Below are positions 28,124 through 37,136 of a stretch of 64,000 bases of DNA, piece by piece. The translations under genes were made by a program, and so were the position numbers. How positions within the stretch are numbered: position 1 is the stretch's first letter; every line of letters begins with the position of its first letter. Source of the stretch: Thermoanaerobaculia bacterium (GTDB taxonomy: Bacteria > Acidobacteriota > Thermoanaerobaculia > Gp7-AA8); contig DASVLC010000369.1 in assembly GCA_036385045.1 (NCBI GenBank), forward strand, positions 1,493 to 65,492, read 5' to 3'. The notes below the pieces were generated by a model. The model did no database searches. It saw only the letters and a list, made by a program, of their open reading frames with translations, and was not told the DNA's origin.

Positions 28124-28320
28124 GTCATCCTGAGAGCCGCCGGAATCCCGAGGGTGGGGGTGTGGGCGGGAGGGGTGGAGGACGGTCGAAGGATCCCGTC
28201 ATCGTGCGCCGGACTGGGTGGGCGGTGCTTTCTGCCCGGTCGTCGATCAAGGGATCCCTCTCCGTCCTACGCCCCTCCTCCCACGCACCCGCCCCCAGGG
28301 GCTCCGGCGGCTCCGAGGAC
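28124..28320. repeat. two diverged family-A copies in inverted orientation
   Basis: 28124-28204 is gtcatcctgagagccgccggaatcccgagggtgggggtgtgggcgggaggggtggaggacggtcgaaggatcccgtcatcg. 28238-28320 is ggtcgtcgatcaagggatccctctccgtcctacgcccctcctcccacgcacccgcccccaggggctccggcggctccgaggac. Confidence 0.8.
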
Positions 28321-28332
28321 TCCTCGGAATGC

Positions 28333-28953
28333 TCACCGCGCGTTGATCTCCCTCCGATACGCGGCGCGTCCGTCTTCAATCGAATCAGGCACATGCCCTC
28401 CATGTCCCGAGGCTTCGACGATCAGAATGTGTGAGAGATCATCGAAGTCGGGGCGCTGTTCATGTCGCTCGATCCCGCGCAGTTCCGGGTACGTGCTCTC
28501 TCCGTACTGGACGCGCAGAACCTCTCCAAAACCGGCGTCGAGAAGCGTCGCTTTCAGCGTTGCGAAGTTCCAGAGGAACTGATGCCCCCAGCCGTGGAAA
28601 GCGAGGTTCATCCAGAAACAGCCGAGGAGTTCGTGCTCTTCTTTCTCGAACGTGCGTCGATAGTGTGAGGCCCAGACCCAGTCCAGATTCGGAGTCGAGA
28701 GCCGCAGCACGCCGTCTACGCGGAGAACACGCCGGCACTCACGCATCAGAGAAAGGGCATCGTCATAGGGGAGATGCTCGATGAAATGCTCTGCGTAGAT
28801 GAACGCGACATGCTCGAACGGCAGCCCCTCGCGCAGATCAGCGACGTGATCGACGCCCGGATGCGCGACGCTGTCGATGTTCGTCCATCCCTCCAGTGCA
28901 TTCGGCCCGCAGCCGAGGTTCAGGCGGAGAGGGTGAGCAAGTTCGTGCTCCAT
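28333..28953 (-). CDS. class I SAM-dependent methyltransferase
   Basis: The motif I-like segment is 'LNLGCGPNALEGWTNID'. Confidence 0.75.
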   Translation of the reverse strand: MEHELAHPLRLNLGCGPNALEGWTNIDSVAHPGVDHVADLREGLPFEHVAFIYAEHFIEHLPYDDALSLMRECRRVLRVDGVLRLSTPNLDWVWASHYRRTFEKEEHELLGCFWMNLAFHGWGHQFLWNFATLKATLLDAGFGEVLRVQYGESTYPELRGIERHEQRPDFDDLSHILIVEASGHGGHVPDSIEDGRAAYRREINAR

Positions 28954-28987
28954 GCAGGAGCGATCCTAATTCACCCAGGCTCGAATC

Positions 28988-30655
28988 TCACTCTGCACCG
29001 CGATCGCGTCTGAAGTGTGCCCCGATCGAGCGCGGATTCCGGATCGCTGCTGCCGCAACGATCGAAGCCATCTGCTGGCCGTGGAAGAGCTCGACGATCC
29101 GCTTGCTGATGCGTGACTCGTGGTAGTACTTGGTGAGCCGGTAGCCGAGATGCTGCATGTCGGCGATGGCGCGCTTCATCCGTTCGTAGGTGCGGACGAT
29201 GCCGACGTAGTTCCACATGGTGTGCTGGATGATGGTCCAGTCCTGGAGGATCAGCGCAGGATCGTCGAGGTCCTCCTTCCCGGGCTGCTGCCAGTCGGGA
29301 ATCGTCCCGAAGATGGCTTCGGGAAGACGGCCGTTGCCCGGCTGCAGCGACGAATAGGCTCGCTGGACAGAAGGGGTAGCACTCGATGCCGAGCCGTTCA
29401 TCCGTTCGCGGATCGACTGCGCGGCGTAATAACCCCAGGTCAATCCTTCGAGGAGCGAAGTCGATGCGAGCCGGTTTGCTCCGTGCAGACCGGAGCATGA
29501 GGTCTCGCCGATCGCGTAGAGCCTGCTGAGCGTCGTCTCGCCGGAGTTGTTGATCAGTACCCCGCCGCAGAAGTAATGCGCCGCCGGGACGACCGGAATC
29601 GGCTCCCGTTCGATGTCGACACCAATCTGTGCGCAGGCGACTTTGATGTTCGGGAAGCGTTCGGCAATTGGCTGAGGACCATGGTAGAAGTTCGCCAGGT
29701 CGAGGTAGACGAACTCCTCCTTGTTGCGCGTCATCTCTTCCACGATCGCCCTCGCGACGATGTCGCGTGGCGCAAGATCCTTCAACTCCGGCGAGTAGCG
29801 CTCCATGAAGTACTCGCCCCGCCGATTCCGCAGTCTCGCCCCTTCACCCCGCAGCGCCTCGGAGATCAGAAAGTGATTCGCCTTCTTGTCCGCCAGCGCC
29901 GTCGGATGGAACTGCACGTACTCGGCGTTCATGATCTTCGCGCCGGCACGGTGCGCCATGACGACACCGTCTCCGATCGAGTTGCGCGTGTTCGTGGAAT
30001 GGAGGTAGATCTGGCCGAGGCCGCCGGTCGCCAGGACCGTGAAGTCGGCGAAGATCGTGTAGACCTCGCTGGTCACGTTATCGAGCAGATAGGCACCGAC
30101 GCACTCGTTGTCGAGGCGGTAGCGCACCTGGATGTCTGTCGGATGGTGGTGTGTCGTCAGCAGATCGATCGCCGTCACGTCGGTAGCCAGCGTTATGTTC
30201 GGCTCGCCCTTCACGCGATTCAGGAGCGAAGTCTCGATCGCGCGTCCGGTCGCATCCCCCGCGTGGATGATCCGCGAGACCGAGTGGGCACCTTCCTGCG
30301 TCAGATCGAGCTCCCCTTCGTGCTTCGTCGTGAAAGGGACATGAATCTCGTCGAGCAGCACCTGCTTGACGACGCGCGGGCCCTCTTCGGCAAGGAACCG
30401 GACTGCCTCGACGTTCGAGATTCCAGCCCCCGCACGGAGAACGTCGGCGACCAGACTCGCGGGGCTGTCGCCGTCGCCCTGGTAGATGATTCCTCCCTGC
30501 GCCCAGGAGGTATTGCAGTCGGCGGGATCGGTTGCCTTCGTGACGAGCAGGACCTGCAGACCCGACGAGGCGAGGGAAATAGCCGTCGTCAGACCCGCGA
30601 TGCCGGTACCTATCACCAGAGCGGGGTAATGCGCGCGATTCTTCAGCTCCGGCAC
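28988..30655 (-). CDS. nadB: L-aspartate oxidase
   Basis: The FAD motif is 'VIGTGIAGLTTA'. 'HYFCGGV' and 'ETSCSGLHGANRLASTSLLE' are typical of NadB. Confidence 0.92.
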   Translation of the reverse strand: MPELKNRAHYPALVIGTGIAGLTTAISLASSGLQVLLVTKATDPADCNTSWAQGGIIYQGDGDSPASLVADVLRAGAGISNVEAVRFLAEEGPRVVKQVLLDEIHVPFTTKHEGELDLTQEGAHSVSRIIHAGDATGRAIETSLLNRVKGEPNITLATDVTAIDLLTTHHHPTDIQVRYRLDNECVGAYLLDNVTSEVYTIFADFTVLATGGLGQIYLHSTNTRNSIGDGVVMAHRAGAKIMNAEYVQFHPTALADKKANHFLISEALRGEGARLRNRRGEYFMERYSPELKDLAPRDIVARAIVEEMTRNKEEFVYLDLANFYHGPQPIAERFPNIKVACAQIGVDIEREPIPVVPAAHYFCGGVLINNSGETTLSRLYAIGETSCSGLHGANRLASTSLLEGLTWGYYAAQSIRERMNGSASSATPSVQRAYSSLQPGNGRLPEAIFGTIPDWQQPGKEDLDDPALILQDWTIIQHTMWNYVGIVRTYERMKRAIADMQHLGYRLTKYYHESRISKRIVELFHGQQMASIVAAAAIRNPRSIGAHFRRDRGAE

Positions 30656-30664
30656 GGTAGGCCT

Positions 30665-30792
30665 GAATTGAAAATTGAAAATTGAGAATTGAAAAGCATC
30701 GTGTTGGGCCTGATCGTCTTCTCAGTCAGTTCTCGAACACCAGGTAGCCGGCTACTTTCTCTTTCAATTTTCAATTTTCAATTTTCAATTTC
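30665..30792. repeat. family-G composite: about 31-nt AT-rich tandem-octamer inverted arms around a 64-nt core
   Basis: gaattgaaaattgaaaattgagaattgaaaag (30665-30696) pairs with ctttcaattttcaattttcaattttcaatttc (30761-30792). It fills the whole nadB-start / NYN-gene-stop gap. Confidence 0.85.
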
Positions 30793-30795
30793 TCC

Positions 30796-31551
30796 CTAAG
30801 CTGCCGGCTGTGCAAACCCGGTGATGACATAAGAGCCGGACTTCACGTCTTTCTTGATCTTGATGATGCTGTTGTTCTGGGCGTCTTCGAGCAGGTCGCT
30901 GAAGGTGTTGTAGCCGTAGTACTCCTCGTTGAACGTCGGCTTCTTCCGCTGCATGGTCTGCTTGACCATCGAGCCCCACAGGATTTCCTTGTTCTCCCGC
31001 ATGAGCGCTTTGATCGAGTCGATGAGGAGCTTGAAAACCTCAGCCTTCTTCTTGTCCTGAAAAGGGACAGCCGGTGACTTCTGCACGCCTCGGACGAGAT
31101 CCTCGTAGAAGATGAACTCGTCGCAGTTGTCGATCAGCAGATCGCTCGAAGAGTTCTTCACACCACAGCCGATGACGTACTTGTCGTTCTCCTTGAGCTT
31201 GGAGACGAGCGGCGAAAAGTCCGAGTCGCCCGAGGCGATGACGAAGAGGTCGATGTGCTCTTTCGACCAGCACATGTCCATCGCGTCGACCGCGAGACGG
31301 ATGTCGGCAGAGTTTTTCCCCGAATAGCCGCGACCAGGAATCTCGATCAGTTCGATCGCCGCCTCATGAAGCTCGCGCTTGTAGTCGGGAAAGCGGTCCC
31401 AGTCGGAGTACGCCTTCTTGACGACGATCTTCCCCTTCTCGAGCAGACGCTCCAGAACGAGGTTGATCTCGAACTTCTTGTACTTGGCGTCCATGACGCC
31501 GATCGCGATGTTCTCGAAGTCGATGAAGAGCGCAATCTTGCGCTCGCTCAT
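30796..31551 (-). CDS. NYN-domain (LabA-like) protein with C-terminal OST-HTH/LOTUS domain
   Basis: Trimmed to 'MSERKIALFIDFENIAIG'. 'DLFVIASGDSDFSPLVSKLKE' is NYN-type. The C-terminal 'WGSMVKQTMQRKKPTFNEEYYGYNTFSDLLEDAQ' is LOTUS-like. Confidence 0.8.
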   Translation of the reverse strand: MSERKIALFIDFENIAIGVMDAKYKKFEINLVLERLLEKGKIVVKKAYSDWDRFPDYKRELHEAAIELIEIPGRGYSGKNSADIRLAVDAMDMCWSKEHIDLFVIASGDSDFSPLVSKLKENDKYVIGCGVKNSSSDLLIDNCDEFIFYEDLVRGVQKSPAVPFQDKKKAEVFKLLIDSIKALMRENKEILWGSMVKQTMQRKKPTFNEEYYGYNTFSDLLEDAQNNSIIKIKKDVKSGSYVITGFAQPAA

Positions 31552-31636
31552 ACGCTGGGTGGGGGCGTTGCCGTAGTCGGCAGGCTCGTTGTCAATGACA
31601 GGTTTTCGTGACACAGCAGCAGAGTCTATCAAGTTC

Positions 31637-31858
31637 GGGGCCGAGGGGTGAGGGGGGAGGGGGGGGAAGCAGGGCCTAGCGACGAAGGCTGTCGTCCTGA
31701 GCGTAGCGTGAGGATCTGGGTGGGCGGGCGGTGCGATGCACGTGAATGGCACCACCCACCACCCTGATCCCTCGCTACGCTCGGGATGACAGACAGGATG
31801 ACAGACAGCTGCTCTTCTTCACTCGGCCCTCGGCCCTGCTTCACCCCCCTCGGCCCTC
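31637..31858. mobile_element. composite MITE-like element: family-H (GGCCCTCGG-type) inverted termini flanking family-B copy 2
   Basis: ggggccgaggggtgaggggggaggggggggaagcagggcc (31637-31676) pairs with ggccctcggccctgcttcacccccctcggccctc (31825-31858). The family-B copy is at 31689-31792, followed by an acaggatgacag tandem. Confidence 0.6.
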
Positions 31859-33157
31859 TTACGCAATCCCCGCGATCGTCTCCAGCGCCCGCGCTGCCTG
31901 CCGCTCGCGCTTCTCGATCTTCTTCGCACGTCCGATCACGTCTTCGATCAGCCCCCAGGTGACGTTCGAGGGCTGATAGCGGTCGGGGGAGGACTCCGCC
32001 ACGTGGCGGCCGAGCGCTCCGAGGGCCGTGTGGTAGGGAAGCGGCGCAGGCTCCTGCCCACGCGAGAGCTCGTCGACATAACGCGCAACCAGCAGACCGA
32101 CCGCAGCCGACTCGACATAGCCTTCGACTCCGGTGATCTGTCCGGCAAAGAAGATGCGATCGTCGCGCTTCGACTGGAAGGTCGGTCGCAGATGCTTCGG
32201 ACCATTGATGAACGTGTTGCGGTGCATCGAGCCGAAACGAGCGAACATCGCGTTCTCCAGGCCGGGAATCATCTGAATGACCCGCTTCTGCTCCGGAATC
32301 CTCATCTTCGTCTGGAAGCCGACCAGATTGAAGTACTCGTCCGAGAGGTCTTCCTTGCGAAGCTGAATGACGGCCCACGGCCTCTCTCCGGTTTCGGGAT
32401 GCTCGAGGCCGACAGGCTTCATCGGACCGTAACGGAGTGTGTCGATGCCGCGGCTGGCGATCTCCTCGACCGGCAGGCAACCCTCGAAGTGAACCGCTTT
32501 CTCGAAATCGTGGGGAGCGAAGATCTCCGCCGAGAGCAACGCCGCGATGAACGCTTCGTACTGTTCGCGGTTCATCGCCGCGTTCAGGTAGTCAGTGGCG
32601 GAGCCTTTGCCGTAGCGCGACTTCCAGTAGAGCTTCGAGAAGTCGAGCGAGTCGGCCGCGACGATCGGCGCGATCGCGTCGTAGAAGTAGAGACCGTCAC
32701 GCCCGAGGAACTCGTCGATCGCCTGGAATAGCGGGTCGCTGGTGAGGGGGCCGGTCGCGATCACCAGGACATCTGCGTCGCCGCGATCGAGAGTCGTCAC
32801 TTCTCTTCGAGACAGCGTGATGTTCGGTTCAGACTCGATGACCTTCGTCACGATCGAAGAGAATCGCTCACGGTCGACGGCGAATGCATCCCCCGCCGGC
32901 ACACGTGCTTCGTTGCCGCAGCGGATGATGACCGACTGCATCCTCTCCATCTCCTGCTTCAGCAGTCCGACCGCATTCGTATGCGCCGACGATCGGAACG
33001 AGTTCGAGCAGACCAGCTCCGCAAGGTTCGACGAGCCGTGCGCGGGAGTCATCCTGGCCGGCCGCATCTCGCACAACTCGACCGTATGCCCGCGGCGCGC
33101 GAGCGAATAAGCGCATTCCGTTCCGGCCAGGCCGGCTCCGACGATCCTGATCTTCAT
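31859..33157 (-). CDS. trmFO: methylenetetrahydrofolate--tRNA-(uracil-5-)-methyltransferase
   Basis: 'MKIRIVGAGLAGTECAYSLARRGHTVELCEMRP' and overall Gid/TrmFO-like sequence. Confidence 0.92.
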   Translation of the reverse strand: MKIRIVGAGLAGTECAYSLARRGHTVELCEMRPARMTPAHGSSNLAELVCSNSFRSSAHTNAVGLLKQEMERMQSVIIRCGNEARVPAGDAFAVDRERFSSIVTKVIESEPNITLSRREVTTLDRGDADVLVIATGPLTSDPLFQAIDEFLGRDGLYFYDAIAPIVAADSLDFSKLYWKSRYGKGSATDYLNAAMNREQYEAFIAALLSAEIFAPHDFEKAVHFEGCLPVEEIASRGIDTLRYGPMKPVGLEHPETGERPWAVIQLRKEDLSDEYFNLVGFQTKMRIPEQKRVIQMIPGLENAMFARFGSMHRNTFINGPKHLRPTFQSKRDDRIFFAGQITGVEGYVESAAVGLLVARYVDELSRGQEPAPLPYHTALGALGRHVAESSPDRYQPSNVTWGLIEDVIGRAKKIEKRERQAARALETIAGIA

Positions 33158-33158
33158 T

Positions 33159-33190
33159 CCCCTCGGCCCTCACCCCTCGGCCCTCAGCCC
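33159..33190 (+). repeat. family-H tandem repeat, copy 3
   Basis: cccctcggccctcacccctcggccctcagccc fills the entire gap between the DUF3467 stop and the trmFO start. Confidence 0.8.
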
Positions 33191-33493
33191 TTAATTCGAC
33201 GGCTCGCTCTGCGAGAACGGTGCACCGGCATCGCCGCGGATCTCGCCGAACTTCTGTTCGAACAGCGCGATGTTATGCCCCAGGGCATCGAGAAACTGCT
33301 TGGCATGCAGAGGAGTGAGAATCACGCGGCTGTAGATCTTCACGTCGGTGCGTCCCGGAACGATCCGGCCGAGGTCGATCACGAACTCGCTCGGCGAATG
33401 GATGATGTTGGCGAAATTCACGTACTCACCCTGCGCCACCTGATCGTCCAGAGTGATACGGATCGTCTGCTGAGGAGGCTGCTGATTGTCCAT
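33191..33493 (-). CDS. DUF3467 family protein
   Basis: Trimmed to 'MDNQQPPQQTIRITLDDQVAQGEYVNFANIIHSPSEFVIDLGRIVPG', which is characteristic of DUF3467. Confidence 0.8.
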   Translation of the reverse strand: MDNQQPPQQTIRITLDDQVAQGEYVNFANIIHSPSEFVIDLGRIVPGRTDVKIYSRVILTPLHAKQFLDALGHNIALFEQKFGEIRGDAGAPFSQSEPSN

Positions 33494-33516
33494 GCGAGGC
33501 GTCAACGGCGTCGCCG

Positions 33517-34404
33517 TCAGCGCGAATTCCTCGCACGAATGCTGCGCAATCGCACATCGCACGCCGCGGCGAGCACCGCGCGCGTCTCCGTCCCATGCCG
33601 CGAATCGACGTGCACCACCACGGCATCGGTCAACGCGTCAAACGGCTCGCCGGCCAGGTTCAACTGAGAAAGCGCCGCGATCGCCGGCGCCAGGCTCGGG
33701 TTGAATGCGGCGTTTTCGCCGTAGGACCCGCTCACGATCCTCCCGCTGCCGGACCGCAGCGCGACCCCTGCGAAGGAACCGGAGTAGGGAGCGTGACTCC
33801 GGCGCGCGGCGACCAGCGCCGCTACCGCGAGCTCGTCTTCCACATCCGCCTCGAGCGGCTGCTCGCTCTTCTGCATCAGTCTCGCCTCCACCTTCAGATC
33901 GTCCGGACCGAAGGCGTCAGGCAGCAGATCGGAGAGGGTACGGGGGCCGGACGGAATCTCTATCTGAAGCGACGCCGCGGTCGACAGCTCGTTCAGAAAC
34001 TGGCGGCAGTGACCGCACGGGGGAGCGGTGACAGCCAGAATGTCGATTCCGTCCTCACCCGCCATCCAGGCGTTTGTTACGCACGACTGCTCGGCGTGAA
34101 GCGCGAAACTGAGGCTCTCGCCTTCGAACTCGAGGTTCGCTCCGTAATAGAGATCTCCCGTGGAGGTCCCGCGTGCCACCGCGCCTACGTGAAATCCGGA
34201 GACCGGGGGTCGCGCGTAGGCCGCCGCGGCCGGGAGCAACAGGACCATTAACGCGGATTCGGACAGGCCAAGATCGGCCGCCATCGAGTGTGCGGTTTCA
34301 CTCTCGATCACGCCTCGAAACGTGGGATCGCTGTGCAGACTGATCAGGCGATCGCGTGCCGGACCTGAGACTGAATCGAACGATGGCAGGCGTGGCGGCG
34401 GCAC
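33517..34404 (-). CDS. cdd: cytidine deaminase (two-domain homodimeric type)
   Basis: The zinc motif is 'HAEQSCV...PCGHCRQFLNE'. At about 295 aa with a second pseudo-domain, it resembles E. coli Cdd. Confidence 0.88.
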   Translation of the reverse strand: MPPPRLPSFDSVSGPARDRLISLHSDPTFRGVIESETAHSMAADLGLSESALMVLLLPAAAAYARPPVSGFHVGAVARGTSTGDLYYGANLEFEGESLSFALHAEQSCVTNAWMAGEDGIDILAVTAPPCGHCRQFLNELSTAASLQIEIPSGPRTLSDLLPDAFGPDDLKVEARLMQKSEQPLEADVEDELAVAALVAARRSHAPYSGSFAGVALRSGSGRIVSGSYGENAAFNPSLAPAIAALSQLNLAGEPFDALTDAVVVHVDSRHGTETRAVLAAACDVRLRSIRARNSR

Positions 34405-34445
34405 GCTTCCCAGTATACCGACGGGTCATGCATCGCTTCGCAAGC

Positions 34446-34577
34446 GTCACCCCGAGCGGGGGTGGGCGGGCATGCGGAAGGCCTGGCAAGCTGCGTACTC
34501 CGTAACCGTAGCGCGTCCCGAGTACGGCTACTTCGTCTTTCGTACTCGCGAAGATCGACGCGCCACGAAATGGGTTC
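34446..34577 (-). repeat. family-FC repeat, copy 2 (inverted)
   Basis: gtcaccccgagcgggggtgggcgggcatgcggaaggcctggcaagctgcgtactccgtaac is followed by the F part. See 10361-10514. Confidence 0.8.
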
Positions 34578-34588
34578 TGTCCTCGTCC

Positions 34589-36895
34589 CTACCGCCCCAC
34601 CTCAATGCGCGTTTCTTCTCGCAGCGGCGTCCGCGGCAGGCTCGCGGCTTCGGGCATGTAGAAGGGGTCGATCGCTGATCTTAAGCGTGCATGGAAGTAG
34701 CTGGCCGGTCCGAAGATCAGCTCGATCGGTCCCGTCTCGTAGACCGGTCCGAATCGAGCGGGGCCGGGGTTCAGCACATGCGGCTGCCCCTGCGCAAGAA
34801 GGTGCTGCATCATTGCACCATTCGGAACCACCATTCCGCCCACTTTGAAGGTGGCCCAACCAACTCTCTCCGCCACACCCTCGCTGACGACGACGTCGAC
34901 ACTGCGAGCTCTCACCGCCGGCAACGCAAGCTGCAACGTGTCGCCCTCCCCGACCGCCGGCATGCGCGTAATCAGGAGGGGATGACTGGCGGAAATGAAG
35001 ACCAGAACCTCCCCGGCGGCGTGCGGCAACTTGGATGTGAACGAACCGTCAGGTTGGACCGGAATGCTTTCCAGCCTTGCTCCCGCAGGGGAGTACCACT
35101 GAAGACCACCACGGGAGATAGGTCCGTCGGCGATTACCCGTCCGCTGCGCGTTTCAGCCGGGGCGAGCCGGAGCGGCACATCGACACTCCGTCTGCTACC
35201 GATGGTGAAAGCGTCGGCACAACCTTTGTGGTACTGCTCGTGTGTGGCGCAGATCCGGATCTCGCGGTTGGTACTCACCGACTCCGCGGCCACCGAGCCA
35301 CCGGCGTCCGTATTGCCTAGCGATCGTGTGTAGTGCGCCGCCTCCTTCTGACCTGGCAGATTGGCGGCGAGGGTGACAGCCACTCCTTCGAGCGGCCGTC
35401 CAGTAGCCACGTCGCTGACCGAGACGCGGATGGTGTTCTCCGGAATCTCGATGTCGAAGCGTGTATTCGGTTCGGGATCTTCATCCGGGGTATGGAGATA
35501 CGAGAACGAGTCCGTACAACTCCTCAGCGGGACGTGGCTGACGTGAGGAAACCGCGGCGATCCGGCCGGACGAGGCTTCACCAGCGCGACAAAGGCTCCC
35601 GTTTGTTCATCGCTCACCGCTCCGGGTCCGATTCCGATCCAGCCGAAGAAGGGCTCACCTCCGCGCGTCACGGTTCCATAGACGGCGGCAAGACTCAGGT
35701 CAATGAGCGCGGAGTCGTCAGGACGCTCTACCTCGATGATCTGCAAGGCAGGCGGCAGATGCAACCACGCCAGCCGAAGAAGGTAAAACCCCGGAGCGAT
35801 CCCTTCGAACCGATTCGACCCGCTCAGACGCTCCGTCCCGAGAAGCTCGTCGGCGACCGAGCTACAGTCGGAGAGCTTGACGTTTGCCGCATTCTGCCCC
35901 CGCTGAAGGCCTGAGCAACGGAAAAGCGAGAGCGTGACCGCCTCGGCATCTGTGCCCGAAACGGCGTCTCTGTCTTCGTCCAGCTCGGGGCATGCTCGCT
36001 GCTGGTGCCTTGCGAGCTCACCGATGTTCGCACCGAAGCTCCAGTCGACACGCAGTGTCGTAGCAGGTGCAATCCGCAGCGTCGCTCCGTTCGTGAGCTT
36101 CACCTCTTCTGCGGCCCACCCTTCACCTGCCACCGCCACCTTCGATTCGCTCTGCAGCGCAACGCGCCGGAACAGAGCCAGAGCAGGCATTCCACGGAAG
36201 ACGGGATCAATCCGGTTCTCGGGTGTCCGTGTCGACGAACCGTGGCGAAGAACCACTCGGCCCGCCGTGCGGCTCTTCGCCGGGATCTTCGCGAATGCAG
36301 CCGCATCCGGCCCCAGCCCCACGGCAACATCCCGCAGTTCCGCGGTCGATTCACTCCATCGAACTTCGGCGAACTCCTCCGCGGTAACTGCGCTTCCAAT
36401 CTGCCTGACCGCTCCGTCACTCAGAAGCAGCGGAAACAGCGTGAACCCCTTCGGAGCGTGCAAGACCCGCTCGCCATCTCCGGCTGGAATCACGGCGCCG
36501 GTCGATTCGAGGTAGACCGCAAATCGGGCGCCTTCAGGCAACGACTCCACACGAATCTCCACGGCGGGAACGACATCGAGAGCACGCAGACTGCTTTCAA
36601 CCTGTCCGTTTGTGACCAGCAGTAGGGAGGGGGTGACGAAGCCAGCTTCGTGGATAGCGAACAGGTTCCACTGCCCTCGCTTCGGCAGCGCTACAGACTC
36701 GGCCGGCTGACACTCTAAGGAAGTGAACGCCGTTAGACGCGGCAGAGGATCGGTGACCGACGCCGCCTCGAACAGGCAGACCTTCCCGCCGGCAACCGGT
36801 TTGCCGTCGTGTTGAAGGCGAAAGGTCGCAGCCGCTGCCTGATGAGCGAGAAGCAGTACCGCACCGATGACGAGAGGAAACAGTCGCCGTGACAC
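34589..36895 (-). CDS. large secreted hypothetical protein
   Basis: The signal peptide is 'MSRRLFPLVIGAVLLLAHQAAA'. The sequence is beta-rich with no catalytic motif recognised. Confidence 0.7.
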   Translation of the reverse strand: MSRRLFPLVIGAVLLLAHQAAAATFRLQHDGKPVAGGKVCLFEAASVTDPLPRLTAFTSLECQPAESVALPKRGQWNLFAIHEAGFVTPSLLLVTNGQVESSLRALDVVPAVEIRVESLPEGARFAVYLESTGAVIPAGDGERVLHAPKGFTLFPLLLSDGAVRQIGSAVTAEEFAEVRWSESTAELRDVAVGLGPDAAAFAKIPAKSRTAGRVVLRHGSSTRTPENRIDPVFRGMPALALFRRVALQSESKVAVAGEGWAAEEVKLTNGATLRIAPATTLRVDWSFGANIGELARHQQRACPELDEDRDAVSGTDAEAVTLSLFRCSGLQRGQNAANVKLSDCSSVADELLGTERLSGSNRFEGIAPGFYLLRLAWLHLPPALQIIEVERPDDSALIDLSLAAVYGTVTRGGEPFFGWIGIGPGAVSDEQTGAFVALVKPRPAGSPRFPHVSHVPLRSCTDSFSYLHTPDEDPEPNTRFDIEIPENTIRVSVSDVATGRPLEGVAVTLAANLPGQKEAAHYTRSLGNTDAGGSVAAESVSTNREIRICATHEQYHKGCADAFTIGSRRSVDVPLRLAPAETRSGRVIADGPISRGGLQWYSPAGARLESIPVQPDGSFTSKLPHAAGEVLVFISASHPLLITRMPAVGEGDTLQLALPAVRARSVDVVVSEGVAERVGWATFKVGGMVVPNGAMMQHLLAQGQPHVLNPGPARFGPVYETGPIELIFGPASYFHARLRSAIDPFYMPEAASLPRTPLREETRIEVGR

Positions 36896-36995
36896 CGATC
36901 ACCCCAGCCCTGCAACACTACGAAGATGGAATTTGATTCTACAGGGAGGAAGGAGGGAAAGGTCGGAGCGGGAGGAGTGATGCGGTGGGTTGGAT

Positions 36996-37072
36996 TGGTC
37001 GGGCAGGGGAGATTTGAACTCCCGACCACCTGAACCCCATTCAGGTGCGCTACCAGGCTGCGCTACTGCCCG
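36996..37072 (-). tRNA. tRNA-Pro (anticodon GGG), CCA encoded
   Basis: The manual cloverleaf has acceptor CGGGCAG/CTGCCCG, D-stem GCGC/GCGC, anticodon stem CCTGA/TCAGG with loop AT-GGG-GT, T-arm GGGAG-TTCAAAT-CTCCC, discriminator A and CCA. Confidence 0.93.
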
Positions 37073-37136
37073 ACTCGCGTGGATGCTATCACGTGCCAGA
37101 TGCTAACGAATCGATCGGCGGGGTATTCCGGTCCCT

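Noticed and set aside
31629-32480. A 283-aa minus-strand ORF overlapping trmFO in another frame and extending into the repeat region
   Set aside because: It is an Arg/Pro/Gly-rich alternative frame of a well-supported gene, and its N-terminus is repeat-derived.
37075-37100. A sigma-54-like TGGCAC-gtgata-GCA on the minus strand just upstream of tRNA-Pro
   Set aside because: The spacing between the -24 GG and the -12 GC is one nt short of consensus and the -12 TTGC is incomplete. A sigma-54-dependent tRNA promoter would be extraordinary, so I treat this as chance.
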